A stretch of DNA of 64,000 nucleotides from the IMG/VR virus record IMGVR_UViG_3300005841_000035, positions 7,487 through 71,486 of that record. One strand, written 5' to 3'. Source of the stretch: a virus. Below are positions 18,742-28,074 of this stretch, one piece after another. The notes under the pieces were generated by a model that was not told where the DNA came from, searched no databases, and saw only the letters and a program-made list of their open reading frames with translations. Made by a program: the position numbers and the translations under genes. Numbering within the stretch: the first letter of the stretch is position 1; each line of letters begins with the position of its first letter.

Positions 18742-19056
18742 ATGAGCATGGTTGATGATGCCTGCCCCCGATGCGGGGCGCCGGTCTGCGCTTGCCAGTG
18801 CAAGCGGGACCCGCGGGTTTATGAGACCCCCTGGAACGGTGAGCCGATGCGCTTCGAACTGTCGGAGCACGTCAGGGCCTTCACCGAAAAAATGATGGGC
18901 CACCTTCGTCGCGAGTGGGCGTATCGCCGGCTCGCGGGGGACCTGCTGCACCAACTGAAATCGCTGGAGAACTTCGTGGACCCATCTACGCGCAACCTGC
19001 TCAAGGACGCGCGTGAGGTGTGGGAGAAGCAATTCGAAGACATCGCAAAGTTATGA
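18742..19056 (+). CDS. Hypothetical protein with N-terminal Cys cluster
   Basis: CPRCGAPVCACQC. Confidence 0.55.
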   Translation: MSMVDDACPRCGAPVCACQCKRDPRVYETPWNGEPMRFELSEHVRAFTEKMMGHLRREWAYRRLAGDLLHQLKSLENFVDPSTRNLLKDAREVWEKQFEDIAKL

Positions 19057-19277
19057 TAGCCATCATCGCAATCGCCGCTTACTTTGTTTCGGTCATCACG
19101 TTGCTGTGCTACGTGAAATACCTGGACAGCCGCGTAACCAAGTTACAGTTCGAACTTTTCGAATACGCCCGGCAAGAATACGTCTCGCACAGGTTCACCA
19201 GCGTGTGGTCGCAAATTGTCCGCACACAGGACGACGTGAAAAAACTTCAAGCGAAGCGGGGAGGCAAAAAGAAGTGA
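19053..19277 (+). CDS. Small membrane protein
   Basis: N-terminal transmembrane helix. Confidence 0.55.
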   Translation: MIAIIAIAAYFVSVITLLCYVKYLDSRVTKLQFELFEYARQEYVSHRFTSVWSQIVRTQDDVKKLQAKRGGKKK

Positions 19278-19966
19278 ACGTCGTCGCCTACTACCGCGTC
19301 AGCACTCGCGAGCAGGAAGATAAGACCGGGCTCGAGCGTCAGCAGGACACCGTCGAGAAGTTCGCCGCCTCCAAAGGCATGACCATCGTCCGCTCGTTTT
19401 CTGAAGTCCAGTCCGGCGGCGCGGATATCGAGGACCGCACCATGCTGCTTTCCTTGCTCGACGAGGACGGCGTCAGCGGCATCGTGGTCGAGCGCATGGA
19501 CCGTCTCGCGCGCGACCTCATGGCACAGGAAATTTTTCTTCGGAGCGCGACCACTAAATGTATCCAGGTGTTCACCGCCGACTCCGGCCAGGAGATGACC
19601 AACGCGGATGACCCAACGCGCGTGATGTTGCGCCAAGTCATGGGCGCGCTGGCCCAGTGGGAAAAAGCCGTCATCGTAAAAAAACTTCAGGACGGTCGCC
19701 GGCGGACCGCTGAACGGACGGGCAAGCCATGCGGGGGTCCGCCACGGTTCGGCTTCCATCCAGACATTCGGACGCGTGGGCATCAGCGGGACATCATCCA
19801 CTGCGTTAAGAAGATGGTGGACGAGGGGTATTCCTACGCGCGCATCGCCCGCCACTTGCAGGCGAACGGCATCTCCCCGCCAACCGGCAAAATCTGGCAT
19901 CGCTCAACGGTTTACAAAATTTCCAAAGTCAATCTTGACAATCCGCCGGCAGGGCACACTTCTTAG
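19274..19966 (+). CDS. Serine recombinase (resolvase/invertase family) with C-terminal DNA-binding domain
   Basis: AYYRVST..Q..GLERQ, EVQSGG, DRLARD; GTG start coupled to the upstream stop. Confidence 0.92.
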   Translation: MNVVAYYRVSTREQEDKTGLERQQDTVEKFAASKGMTIVRSFSEVQSGGADIEDRTMLLSLLDEDGVSGIVVERMDRLARDLMAQEIFLRSATTKCIQVFTADSGQEMTNADDPTRVMLRQVMGALAQWEKAVIVKKLQDGRRRTAERTGKPCGGPPRFGFHPDIRTRGHQRDIIHCVKKMVDEGYSYARIARHLQANGISPPTGKIWHRSTVYKISKVNLDNPPAGHTS

Positions 19967-19971
19967 GTGAT

Positions 19972-20688
19972 ATGAGCGGAACTCTCGTTTATCAAGATGC
20001 GGTCGGCGTGGACAACTTAATCCTCAGCCTCGCGGGCGGTGACTATGTCGCCAGCCTGGGCAACTTGTCGTGGCAGAAGCTGCGCGTCGGTATTCGCGCG
20101 ACCATCTCGGCGGAAGCGGACATCTCTGGCAGCCCGGCACCGACGCTTGCCGTCGGACTGTGCAGCGGCACGACTTACCCGTTCATCTCCGGCGGATGCA
20201 CGCACTTCGTCGGCGCGAAAACCAACGTCAGTGTTTTTGACTACATCCCGTTCGGCACCGGAACCCCGACGTGGATACGCGCCGGCACTAGCAACAACTC
20301 TTTTCAGGCGTGCAAGAAAATCGGCGGGACGGTGACGGCGGTTAGTTCGTCTTCGGTCGGCCCTGGCTTCGCCGAAGAACATTCGCAGCCTAAGAGCGTC
20401 ATCCTGGTAGACATCACCAAGGGGTCTCCGAACTGGACCATCGACTTCTTCATCTTCAACTCGGTCGCGCCCGACAGTTCGTGGCCCGACGTTTCTGAGG
20501 CCACATTCAATTCGTTGATGGTCGCGGACACTCCGTCGTTGACCTATCACAGCCTTTACACCGGATATTCCGTTGCGGTGAATGAGGCAACCAACGGAAC
20601 CATCAACGCAGTGAACGTCTCGTGGAACCGCGACGCGAATCTGGTTAAAGTCGAGGACCTCGCGGTTGCGAAGTTCCTGCTAGACTGA
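19972..20688 (+). CDS. Stand-alone beta-rich domain paralogous to the collagen-fibre tip domains
   Basis: WQKLRVGI..GLCSGTT..VNEATNGTINAVNVSW matches the C-termini of 37949-39052 and 39054-40349; own promoter at 19935-19963. Confidence 0.7.
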   Translation: MSGTLVYQDAVGVDNLILSLAGGDYVASLGNLSWQKLRVGIRATISAEADISGSPAPTLAVGLCSGTTYPFISGGCTHFVGAKTNVSVFDYIPFGTGTPTWIRAGTSNNSFQACKKIGGTVTAVSSSSVGPGFAEEHSQPKSVILVDITKGSPNWTIDFFIFNSVAPDSSWPDVSEATFNSLMVADTPSLTYHSLYTGYSVAVNEATNGTINAVNVSWNRDANLVKVEDLAVAKFLLD

Positions 20689-20698
20689 TATGAAAATT

Positions 20699-21002
20699 TC
20701 TTGGCCTCCCAGAAAACGGAGCGTGCATAACGTTAAAAGCCAGGATGCCCCGCCTCCGGGTCGGGCAACAAGTCCAACCGTCGCGACGGTTGGCCGGGTG
20801 GACATCCGGTTAGCTACCGACCACCCGAAAAATTTTGACAGGACGGAACGTTTTGGCCGAGCACCTTCGGGTCCGGCAAGCGGCGTTTTAGATTCCGGTC
20901 TGTCAGCGGGGAAATGGCGACACATGGGCACAGCCCTGAAGGGAAACCCCGTCGCCCGCAGAGTCAGCGAAATAGGCTATCATAAACACGCCGCTTACTT
21001 TC
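20699..21002 (+). ncRNA. Candidate large structured RNA / cis-regulatory element upstream of TerL
   Basis: Several adjoining stems, a cUUCGg tetraloop, a 20-nt palindrome and a 9-bp long-range pairing (20878-20886 with 20988-20996). Confidence 0.6.
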
Positions 21003-22934
21003 ATGGCACTTGCAGAAACGCACCCCGTAAAGGGGTTGCTGCGGGAGTCCGCGCGATTGATTCACAGCGGCGACATCTTTGCTGCCGCGAAGTTGGTTCG
21101 CGCCTGGGCGGCGCAGAATAACCCCGAGATTGCCAAGCAGTCGGTTGAGACCAAGCGCAAGGCGTTTGAGATGCTCACCCTTCTGCTGCATTGGGCGTTG
21201 AACAACGGTGCGACCGAAGAGGCCGCACAACTTCTCTGGACCCCCAACCAATTCGACCCTCGACCGCACAACACGCAGCGCGTATGGTCCGCCTTCGACG
21301 AGCGGGACTTCATTTTGTTGATGGGCGCCGGCAAGCAGTCAAAATCATTCTCGATGGCCATCCGGCTTTTTCTGGAGTGGGTCCGTGACCCGGAGTATAC
21401 GTCGATTCGCGTGCTGGGTCCGAGCGAAGACCATCTGGAGCAGAACCTTTTTTCGCACCTCGTCACACTCCATCGGGAGTCAGCCATACCACTGCCGGGT
21501 GAGATTGGAAAATTATTCATCGGCCTCGACGCGCGGTCCAAGCGCGGCTCGATTACCGGCGTGGTGATTCCCCAGGGGAAAAAAGCCGCGGGCCGATTGC
21601 AAGGTGTCGCGCGTTTTCGGCGGAAGGTAACTCATCCGGTGTTCGGTGAGACGTCGCGGCTGTTCGTGTTCGTGGACGAAATTTCGAATCTCCCCAAGGG
21701 CTTGTGGCACGACATCGACAACTTGCTGTCCAACACCTCAAAGCACGGCGGGCTGAAGGTGGCCGGCGCGTTCAACCCGTCGGACCAGAACGGCGACGTC
21801 GGTGTCCGCGTGGAGCCGCCCTTCGGCTGGGCGGATTTTGACCCGGACCTGCACTTCGAATGGATGTCAACGCGTGGCTGGTGGGTCGTCCGCCTGGACG
21901 CGATGCAGTCTGAAAACATCAAGCAGAAGCGCGAGGTCTATCCCGGCATGCAGACCTACGAGGGCATGCAGCAAATCATCGCGAACGCCGGCGGGCTCGA
22001 TTCGCCCGGTTACTGGACGATGGTGCGCGGATGCTTCCCGCCGTTGGGAATGGTTCTCGCGGTCATCCCTTCGGGGCTGACCACAACGTGGAAGGCCGAA
22101 CCGATTTGGTATGACACGCCCGCGCCCTGCGGTGGCGTTGACTTGGCGCTGGAGGGCGGCGACACCTGCGAATTCGCGCACGGGCTTTTTGGCCGCGCGA
22201 GCGGAGTGAAGATGCCCCCGAGCTTGGAATTCCCTGGCGGGCAGACCGTGTGGTTCTACGACCGCAACGGGCACAAGGCACCGCGGCATGTATTGCTGGC
22301 GCAGAAAATTTTTCACATCCCGAAGGGGGACACGACCGCCGTCGGTGACGCGGTGATTCGGCTCGCGCGCGAGCTGCACGTCAAACCGGAATACCTCGCG
22401 GTGGACCGCACCGGTAACGGACAGGGCGTGTTCGACTACATGAAGACCAAGGGTTGGCGCTGTCACGGCGTCAACTTTTACGAGGGCGCCAGCGAGACGC
22501 GCATCATGGCCGAAGACGAAGACACGGCCAAGGAACTTTATGACCGCGTGAACAGCGAGCTTTGGTTCGCCGTCAAGCGGTGGCTGGAGTTTCGGTTCCT
22601 TTACGTGGCGCTGGGCATGGAGACCGCGGACCTGACGAGCGAGCTGACGGACCGCTTCTTCCGGATGCTGGGCAAGAAGTCGCACGTTGAGTCAAAGCGC
22701 GATTGGAAGTCCCGGCACGCCGGAAAGTCGCCGAACCTCGCGGACGCCTTTACCCTGCTGGTCCACGCCGCACGCAAGGGCAGCGGGTTCATCCCGAGCA
22801 TGGCCGGCGAGGATTCGATTGACCCGGTGAGCCACGAGTCAACCGAATGGGACCCGCACGCGAAAGACATCGGGTGCGACCGGACGAACCGATTCGAAGA
22901 CCTGGACACGGCCTTGGACGACCACGAATTGTGA
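21003..22934 (+). CDS. terL: Terminase large subunit
   Basis: Deviant Walker A (MGAGKQSKS), Walker B VFVDE, nuclease motifs GVDLALEGGD, AVDRTGNG, KSPNLADA. Confidence 0.88.
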   Translation: MALAETHPVKGLLRESARLIHSGDIFAAAKLVRAWAAQNNPEIAKQSVETKRKAFEMLTLLLHWALNNGATEEAAQLLWTPNQFDPRPHNTQRVWSAFDERDFILLMGAGKQSKSFSMAIRLFLEWVRDPEYTSIRVLGPSEDHLEQNLFSHLVTLHRESAIPLPGEIGKLFIGLDARSKRGSITGVVIPQGKKAAGRLQGVARFRRKVTHPVFGETSRLFVFVDEISNLPKGLWHDIDNLLSNTSKHGGLKVAGAFNPSDQNGDVGVRVEPPFGWADFDPDLHFEWMSTRGWWVVRLDAMQSENIKQKREVYPGMQTYEGMQQIIANAGGLDSPGYWTMVRGCFPPLGMVLAVIPSGLTTTWKAEPIWYDTPAPCGGVDLALEGGDTCEFAHGLFGRASGVKMPPSLEFPGGQTVWFYDRNGHKAPRHVLLAQKIFHIPKGDTTAVGDAVIRLARELHVKPEYLAVDRTGNGQGVFDYMKTKGWRCHGVNFYEGASETRIMAEDEDTAKELYDRVNSELWFAVKRWLEFRFLYVALGMETADLTSELTDRFFRMLGKKSHVESKRDWKSRHAGKSPNLADAFTLLVHAARKGSGFIPSMAGEDSIDPVSHESTEWDPHAKDIGCDRTNRFEDLDTALDDHEL

Positions 22935-22940
22935 ATTTTT

Positions 22941-23240
22941 ATGAGCCTCCGTTTTAACAAAGGTCTCTTTCCCCCAGGTGGTTGGGAGTTTATAGACGAT
23001 ACTGGCGTGAAGCACATCGGGAAGTCCTTTGCTCAGCTCGTCTCGCGCGTGGTTAACTACCGGCTCATCAACAGGTTCGCCATTGGCGACCCCGCGCGGG
23101 AGATTGACGCCCAACTTTGCAAGAATTTTCCTGGATACTGCAAAGGTCCTTCTCCTTCAAGCCCTCCCAAACGCGCAACCCCCCAACCAAGCCCCGGCTG
23201 TTCGTCGTGCAAAAAATCAAGGCGGTCAAGACGGCCCTAA
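22941..23240 (+). CDS. Small Cys-containing protein (PPGGW)
   Basis: Between TerL and portal. Confidence 0.55.
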   Translation: MSLRFNKGLFPPGGWEFIDDTGVKHIGKSFAQLVSRVVNYRLINRFAIGDPAREIDAQLCKNFPGYCKGPSPSSPPKRATPQPSPGCSSCKKSRRSRRP

Positions 23241-23455
23241 AAGCCGTTCGTCGGGTCGTGGTGGCCGCGGCCACCGGCTCGAAGGTGTTCGTAGGCCCTG
23301 AGATAGCCGGCAAACGGTTGGACGCCTGCCACCGGTGCCCGAATTTTAAGCCCAAGACTCGGCAGTGCGGCCTGTGTTTCTGTTTTGTGGACGCAAAATC
23401 CAAGCTCGCCACAGAGTCTTGTCCCGACCACAGATGGCCCTTGACAAACGTGTAA
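23207..23455 (+). CDS. Cys-rich metal-binding protein (DUF6171-like)
   Basis: RLDACHRCP..CGLCFCFV.AK..CP..RW; probable GTG start. Confidence 0.65.
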   Translation: MQKIKAVKTALKAVRRVVVAAATGSKVFVGPEIAGKRLDACHRCPNFKPKTRQCGLCFCFVDAKSKLATESCPDHRWPLTNV

Positions 23456-23476
23456 ATTCCAACACTTCTAGGTAAG

Positions 23477-25636
23477 ATGCCACTTGCACAGTCATTGCCC
23501 GAGCCCTCCTACGCGAGCGAGCCCCAGGGAGATTTCAAGGGAGCGGTCTCCCCGCCGGACCTTTCGAAGAACCTGAAGCCGGGCAACCGGGCCATCCGCG
23601 ACGCCGTCCAGGCGCGAAACATCGTGATGGTGTTGCTTGCCGCGAGCCGGGAGCGTAACATCAAGAACGCGCGCATCCAGGCGAAGGTGAATTCCGAAAA
23701 ACCGCACCGAACCGACGCGCTGGAGAGCGAAGGATTGGCGTGGAAGGCGAACTTCTCGACCAAAGTCCTCGCGATGCTCGTCGAAAAGGTCGCACCGCGG
23801 TTCGTGCAGGCCATCGAGGGCGTAAAATTTCTCACCAACTCCAAACTTCCCGACGATATCGAAGGTGCCGCGGTCAAAACCGAGGCCTTCCGTCGAGAAA
23901 TCACGTCACTGTGTCGCAACCGCGCCGGCTGGCGTGACTTTTTGGGTGACCTCGCGCAGGAGAATGCACTTTTTGGCTGGGCCGTCCTCGCGTGGCTCGA
24001 TGAATTCAGTTGGATGCCGAAATTTTTCCGCCAAGACTTTGCCGCGGTGCCCACCGGGACGAAACCGACTCCCGGAAAAGCGCAGGTCGTGTGTCTCAAG
24101 GAAGTTTTTTTGCTCCACGAGCTGTTCGAACTCATCAAAGACAAGGACGCGGCAAAAACTCGCGGTTGGAACATCGAAAACACGGTCCAGATTATCAACT
24201 CGGCGATGCCGCAGGACCGACGCTCGCAGTATTCCGCCTGGGAACGCGTTTACGAGGACCTGATTCGCGAATCGAACCTCGGATTGTCGCACGAGAGCGG
24301 CGCGCGCGTGGTCGTCGTGTGGCATTTGCTCGCGACGGAGATTGACGGGCAGGTATCGCACTACATTTTCGAAGAAAAGACGTTCACCGAGCTATTCACG
24401 AGCGAGGACCAATACAAAACGATGGCGGACGCCGCCGCGTTCTTCACTTTTCAGCAAGGCAACGGAACAATTCACGGCTCCAAAGGAATCGGACGCGAAC
24501 TTTACTCCATTGCCGGCATCATCGACCGTTCGCGCAACGAAGTTGTGGACCGGCTGAACCTTTCGGGCAAAGTTATCATTCAGGCGGACGAAAAAGTCCT
24601 CAAACGCTTCCGAATGTCGGTTGTCGGCAACGCGATTCTCATCGCGCAAGGATATAGCGTGCTCGAACGCAAGCTGGACGCCGCGGTTGAACCGTTCGTT
24701 CAGCTTGACCAGTTTTTGACGGGTCTTCTCGACCAGATGGCCGGCGCTACCACGCCGCGCGCGCTCGAGGGCGAGCGCGTGACCAAGGCCGCGGTGGATT
24801 TTCTCGCCTCGCGCGAAGAAGAGACCAAGGACAACGTCATCTCGAGGTTCCTGACGCAGTTTTCTGCGGCGGTGACTACGATTCAGCGGCGCGCGTGCGA
24901 CCCGAACACTTCCGAGGACGATGCGAAGGCGATGCAAGAGCGTCTTCTCAAAATAATGTCCAAAGAAGAGTTGAAGATGCTAGCGGAGATGCCTTCGACT
25001 GAGACGGTCAAAGACTACACCGAGATTAAGCGCCAGCAGGTCGTCATCATCGCGCAAGAAGCCCGCGGCAACCCACTTTACAACGCCAAGGAAATGGAAC
25101 GGCGCAAACTAATCGCGCTCGTGGATGAAGAATTCGCGAACTCGGTGTTGCTGCCGGACAACGACCCGACGGAACAGGCCGAGCAGACCCGCGCGCAGAT
25201 GGTGGAGCTGTCGTCTCTGATTATTCCGCAAGGGACCGAGGTTCCGGTATCGCCGCGCGACAGTCATCTCATTCACTTGCAGGTTTTGATGCCGGCGCTG
25301 GAGTCCACCGCGCAGCAAGCGGTCCAAGACCCGCACGCCATCCCGACGCTCGTCGCGATTTTGAAACACGCAGCCGCGCACGAACAAATCGGTCTACAGA
25401 CCGGCGTGGACAAGGCGGCGATGAAACCTTTCTCGGACATCATCGGAAAACTTACGGCGCAGATGCCGAAACTTATCGAGATGGCCAAGCAAACTGAAAT
25501 GGCTCAGCAACGTCAAGCCGAACTGGAAGCAGGGGCGCCTCCTGGACCGACTGACGAAGCTGGCAACCCGATTCCGGGAGCTACTCCGCAAGAAGTGCCG
25601 CCCGAACCTGCACCCGCCCCAGCCCAGACCCTTTAG
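23477..25636 (+). CDS. Portal protein
   Basis: 719 aa, helical, between TerL and scaffold; Pro/Gln-rich C-tail; promoter at 23441-23469. Confidence 0.75.
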   Translation: MPLAQSLPEPSYASEPQGDFKGAVSPPDLSKNLKPGNRAIRDAVQARNIVMVLLAASRERNIKNARIQAKVNSEKPHRTDALESEGLAWKANFSTKVLAMLVEKVAPRFVQAIEGVKFLTNSKLPDDIEGAAVKTEAFRREITSLCRNRAGWRDFLGDLAQENALFGWAVLAWLDEFSWMPKFFRQDFAAVPTGTKPTPGKAQVVCLKEVFLLHELFELIKDKDAAKTRGWNIENTVQIINSAMPQDRRSQYSAWERVYEDLIRESNLGLSHESGARVVVVWHLLATEIDGQVSHYIFEEKTFTELFTSEDQYKTMADAAAFFTFQQGNGTIHGSKGIGRELYSIAGIIDRSRNEVVDRLNLSGKVIIQADEKVLKRFRMSVVGNAILIAQGYSVLERKLDAAVEPFVQLDQFLTGLLDQMAGATTPRALEGERVTKAAVDFLASREEETKDNVISRFLTQFSAAVTTIQRRACDPNTSEDDAKAMQERLLKIMSKEELKMLAEMPSTETVKDYTEIKRQQVVIIAQEARGNPLYNAKEMERRKLIALVDEEFANSVLLPDNDPTEQAEQTRAQMVELSSLIIPQGTEVPVSPRDSHLIHLQVLMPALESTAQQAVQDPHAIPTLVAILKHAAAHEQIGLQTGVDKAAMKPFSDIIGKLTAQMPKLIEMAKQTEMAQQRQAELEAGAPPGPTDEAGNPIPGATPQEVPPEPAPAPAQTL

Positions 25637-25660
25637 CACCCGGTCTAACCCTACAGACCC

Positions 25661-25972
25661 ATGATTACTATCGAGCCCAATAAATGGGACAGCGACGACG
25701 CGAAGATTCTCAAGGATTTTTTCGCCTCCACTACCGGAGCCCTCGCCTTGCAGCATACGCTTTACGCGATGCCGGCATTTTCTGACGCAAGTCCGCACGC
25801 GACCCTAGTGTCGTCATGCCTGCGTGAAGGATTTCAGCGCGCCGTCCAGGCGTTGCTGGATTTACAGACCATCAGACCTCCCCAAGCCGAACCGGAATCA
25901 AACTATCCGGACCTGGAAGACGACAGCAAATGGAACGACGGCGTTCAACCAGCCGCCGACGAAACCTTATAA
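25661..25972 (+). CDS. Small protein following portal
   Basis: Position and REGF motif typical of podovirus post-portal genes. Confidence 0.6.
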   Translation: MITIEPNKWDSDDAKILKDFFASTTGALALQHTLYAMPAFSDASPHATLVSSCLREGFQRAVQALLDLQTIRPPQAEPESNYPDLEDDSKWNDGVQPAADETL

Positions 25973-25975
25973 CTT

Positions 25976-27280
25976 ATGCCCGCCATCAATAATCCAAACG
26001 CTCCCGGCGCAGACCAGAGCGCAAACCTTCCGTCAATCTCGGCTGAAACATCGAGCGCGCTCGACGCGCTGTTGAAACAGCAGGAAGACGAAAGCCCCAA
26101 GGGTCCAACCGGTCCAGTCGGTGCCACCGGCAACGTCGGTGACCCCGGCGCTCCTGGGCCGTCCGATAAGCGCGACCCCGCAACCGGAAAGTTTCTTCCG
26201 AAGGAGAAGACTGCATCAACCGGTCCGTCCGGTGATGAGACCCCGGTGTCCGGTGCAACGCCACCCGCGTCCGGCGCGGCGACCGATGCTTTTGCGGACG
26301 TGCAGGCCCCGCAGTTGAAGGGCAAGTCCGCTGAGGCATTCGAAAACATCAAGCGGCTCGCGAACGAGAAGGTGACCGCCCTCCAATCGGAGCGCGACGC
26401 GTTTGAGAAGCAAATCAAAGAGCTGAACGAGAAGGCTGGACGGCTCGACCCCAAGGTTGAGGCCGAGTTGAAGGAACTCCGTGAATTTCGTCGCAAGCTC
26501 GACGTCGAGGCGGACCCCGAATTCAAAAAGTTCGATGAGGAATCGACGACCCAGGCCGAGTCCATTTACGGCAAGCTTTTGTCCGTCGGCGTGCCCGAGC
26601 ACACCATCGAAAAAATCAAATCGATGGGCGGCGTGTTCAAAGTTCAGTGGGACCCGATTTTGGAGAAGCTACCGTCCGCGGCCAAGCGGTTTATCGAAGT
26701 GAAGCTGACGCAGCTCGAGGACCTGAAGGAAAAGAAATCTACGGCCATCGCTACGGCGAAGAAAAACTCGGAAGAGTTTTTGACGCAGCGCGCGCAAGCC
26801 GGCGAGACCGCGAAGAAAGAGTTTCGCGAGAAGGCCGCGACCACGCTCGACGCGATGCTGCCGAAACTGGACTGGTTCGTGGAGAAGAAACCCACCGACA
26901 AGTCCACTGACGCGGAGAAGGCGGCTATCGTGGAGCACAACAAGCTTTTGACGGAAACTAAGCTCGCCATCAAGGACGCTATCGACGACGACAGCGCCGA
27001 AATGCGGGCCTTCCTGGCGGTCGGTCTGGCTCAGTTGTTGAAATTGCGCGCGGACTACTCTTCGGCGACCTCGGCTCACAAATCTGAAGTTGCGAAGTTG
27101 AAGGCCGAACTGGACGCAGCCAACACGCTGCTGGAAAAAGTGAAGAAGGGTTCGACGAACCGTCTTCGCGACACGACCGCGGTGGCTTCTGTTCCCGCCG
27201 CCGGCGCCGGAAGCATCAACGAGAAACCTGCGGACGCACTCGACCGGGCGCGCGCTGAGGTAGAAGCCCGACGCGGCTAA
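25976..27280 (+). CDS. Capsid scaffolding protein
   Basis: Disordered N-terminus with RDPATGKF, long charged coiled coil. Confidence 0.7.
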   Translation: MPAINNPNAPGADQSANLPSISAETSSALDALLKQQEDESPKGPTGPVGATGNVGDPGAPGPSDKRDPATGKFLPKEKTASTGPSGDETPVSGATPPASGAATDAFADVQAPQLKGKSAEAFENIKRLANEKVTALQSERDAFEKQIKELNEKAGRLDPKVEAELKELREFRRKLDVEADPEFKKFDEESTTQAESIYGKLLSVGVPEHTIEKIKSMGGVFKVQWDPILEKLPSAAKRFIEVKLTQLEDLKEKKSTAIATAKKNSEEFLTQRAQAGETAKKEFREKAATTLDAMLPKLDWFVEKKPTDKSTDAEKAAIVEHNKLLTETKLAIKDAIDDDSAEMRAFLAVGLAQLLKLRADYSSATSAHKSEVAKLKAELDAANTLLEKVKKGSTNRLRDTTAVASVPAAGAGSINEKPADALDRARAEVEARRG

Positions 27281-28074
27281 TGAGTCAGGTCTGCATTTGT
27301 CTGCCTTCGTATAAGACGATGGAGCCACGGATGGCTTTCAGCGTCATGGGGCTGATTCATAACGGCAAGGGCCGGACCGCGGAGATGCTGGATTTTGGGG
27401 ACGCCTTCGTGGTGCATTCCCGGAACAAGCTCGCCGCGGGCTTTTTGCAGACCAAAATGGAGTGGATGCTGACAATCGACGACGACATGGTCGTGCCCTG
27501 GGGGAATGCAAAACTTTTTAATTCGTTTACTCGTTTCAATCTCGCTGAGCGTTTTGCCGGACGCAATACCCTCGACCGGCTTCTGTCTCATGGCAAAACT
27601 TTGGTGGGAGGTCTTTATTTCGGGCGCTGGCGACATGGCAAAGCGATGTATGGCGAGGGTTCGGACCCGGACGAATTGCGTTACGCCAAGCGCGGACCAT
27701 ATGACCTCATCAAACCCACCCGATGGGTCGGGACCGGATGCATGTTGATTCACCGGTCCGTGCTGCTCGACATCGAGAAAGAATTCCCGCACCTCGCGCG
27801 CGGCAAAGACGGCAAGGGTGGTCAGTGGTTCACATCCAGTGAGCACGACCTCCGTCACGCTTTTGAAGTAGTCAAGGATTGGCCGGATGCGGCCGAGGCG
27901 ATGAAGTATCTTCGTGCTGCCGCGTCGAAGTCGAAACGACACTCGAGCCTGGGCATGGGCGAAGACGTTCAATTTTGTATCCGCGCCACGCAGGCCGGAC
28001 ATCAGCCGTATGTGGACATGGGTCTGCTCTGCGGCCACATCGGAACCTACTGTTATGGCGAACCAACCAAATAA
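27280..28074 (+). CDS. GT-A fold (GT2-like) glycosyltransferase
   Basis: SRNKLA..LTIDDDM..VGTGCMLI..GEDVQFC..CGHIG. Confidence 0.85.
   Translation: MSQVCICLPSYKTMEPRMAFSVMGLIHNGKGRTAEMLDFGDAFVVHSRNKLAAGFLQTKMEWMLTIDDDMVVPWGNAKLFNSFTRFNLAERFAGRNTLDRLLSHGKTLVGGLYFGRWRHGKAMYGEGSDPDELRYAKRGPYDLIKPTRWVGTGCMLIHRSVLLDIEKEFPHLARGKDGKGGQWFTSSEHDLRHAFEVVKDWPDAAEAMKYLRAAASKSKRHSSLGMGEDVQFCIRATQAGHQPYVDMGLLCGHIGTYCYGEPTK

Noticed and set aside
20690-21121. 143-aa ORF overlapping the TerL start
   Set aside because: Arg/Pro/Gly-rich with no motif, overlaps TerL out of frame, and the region is better explained by RNA structure
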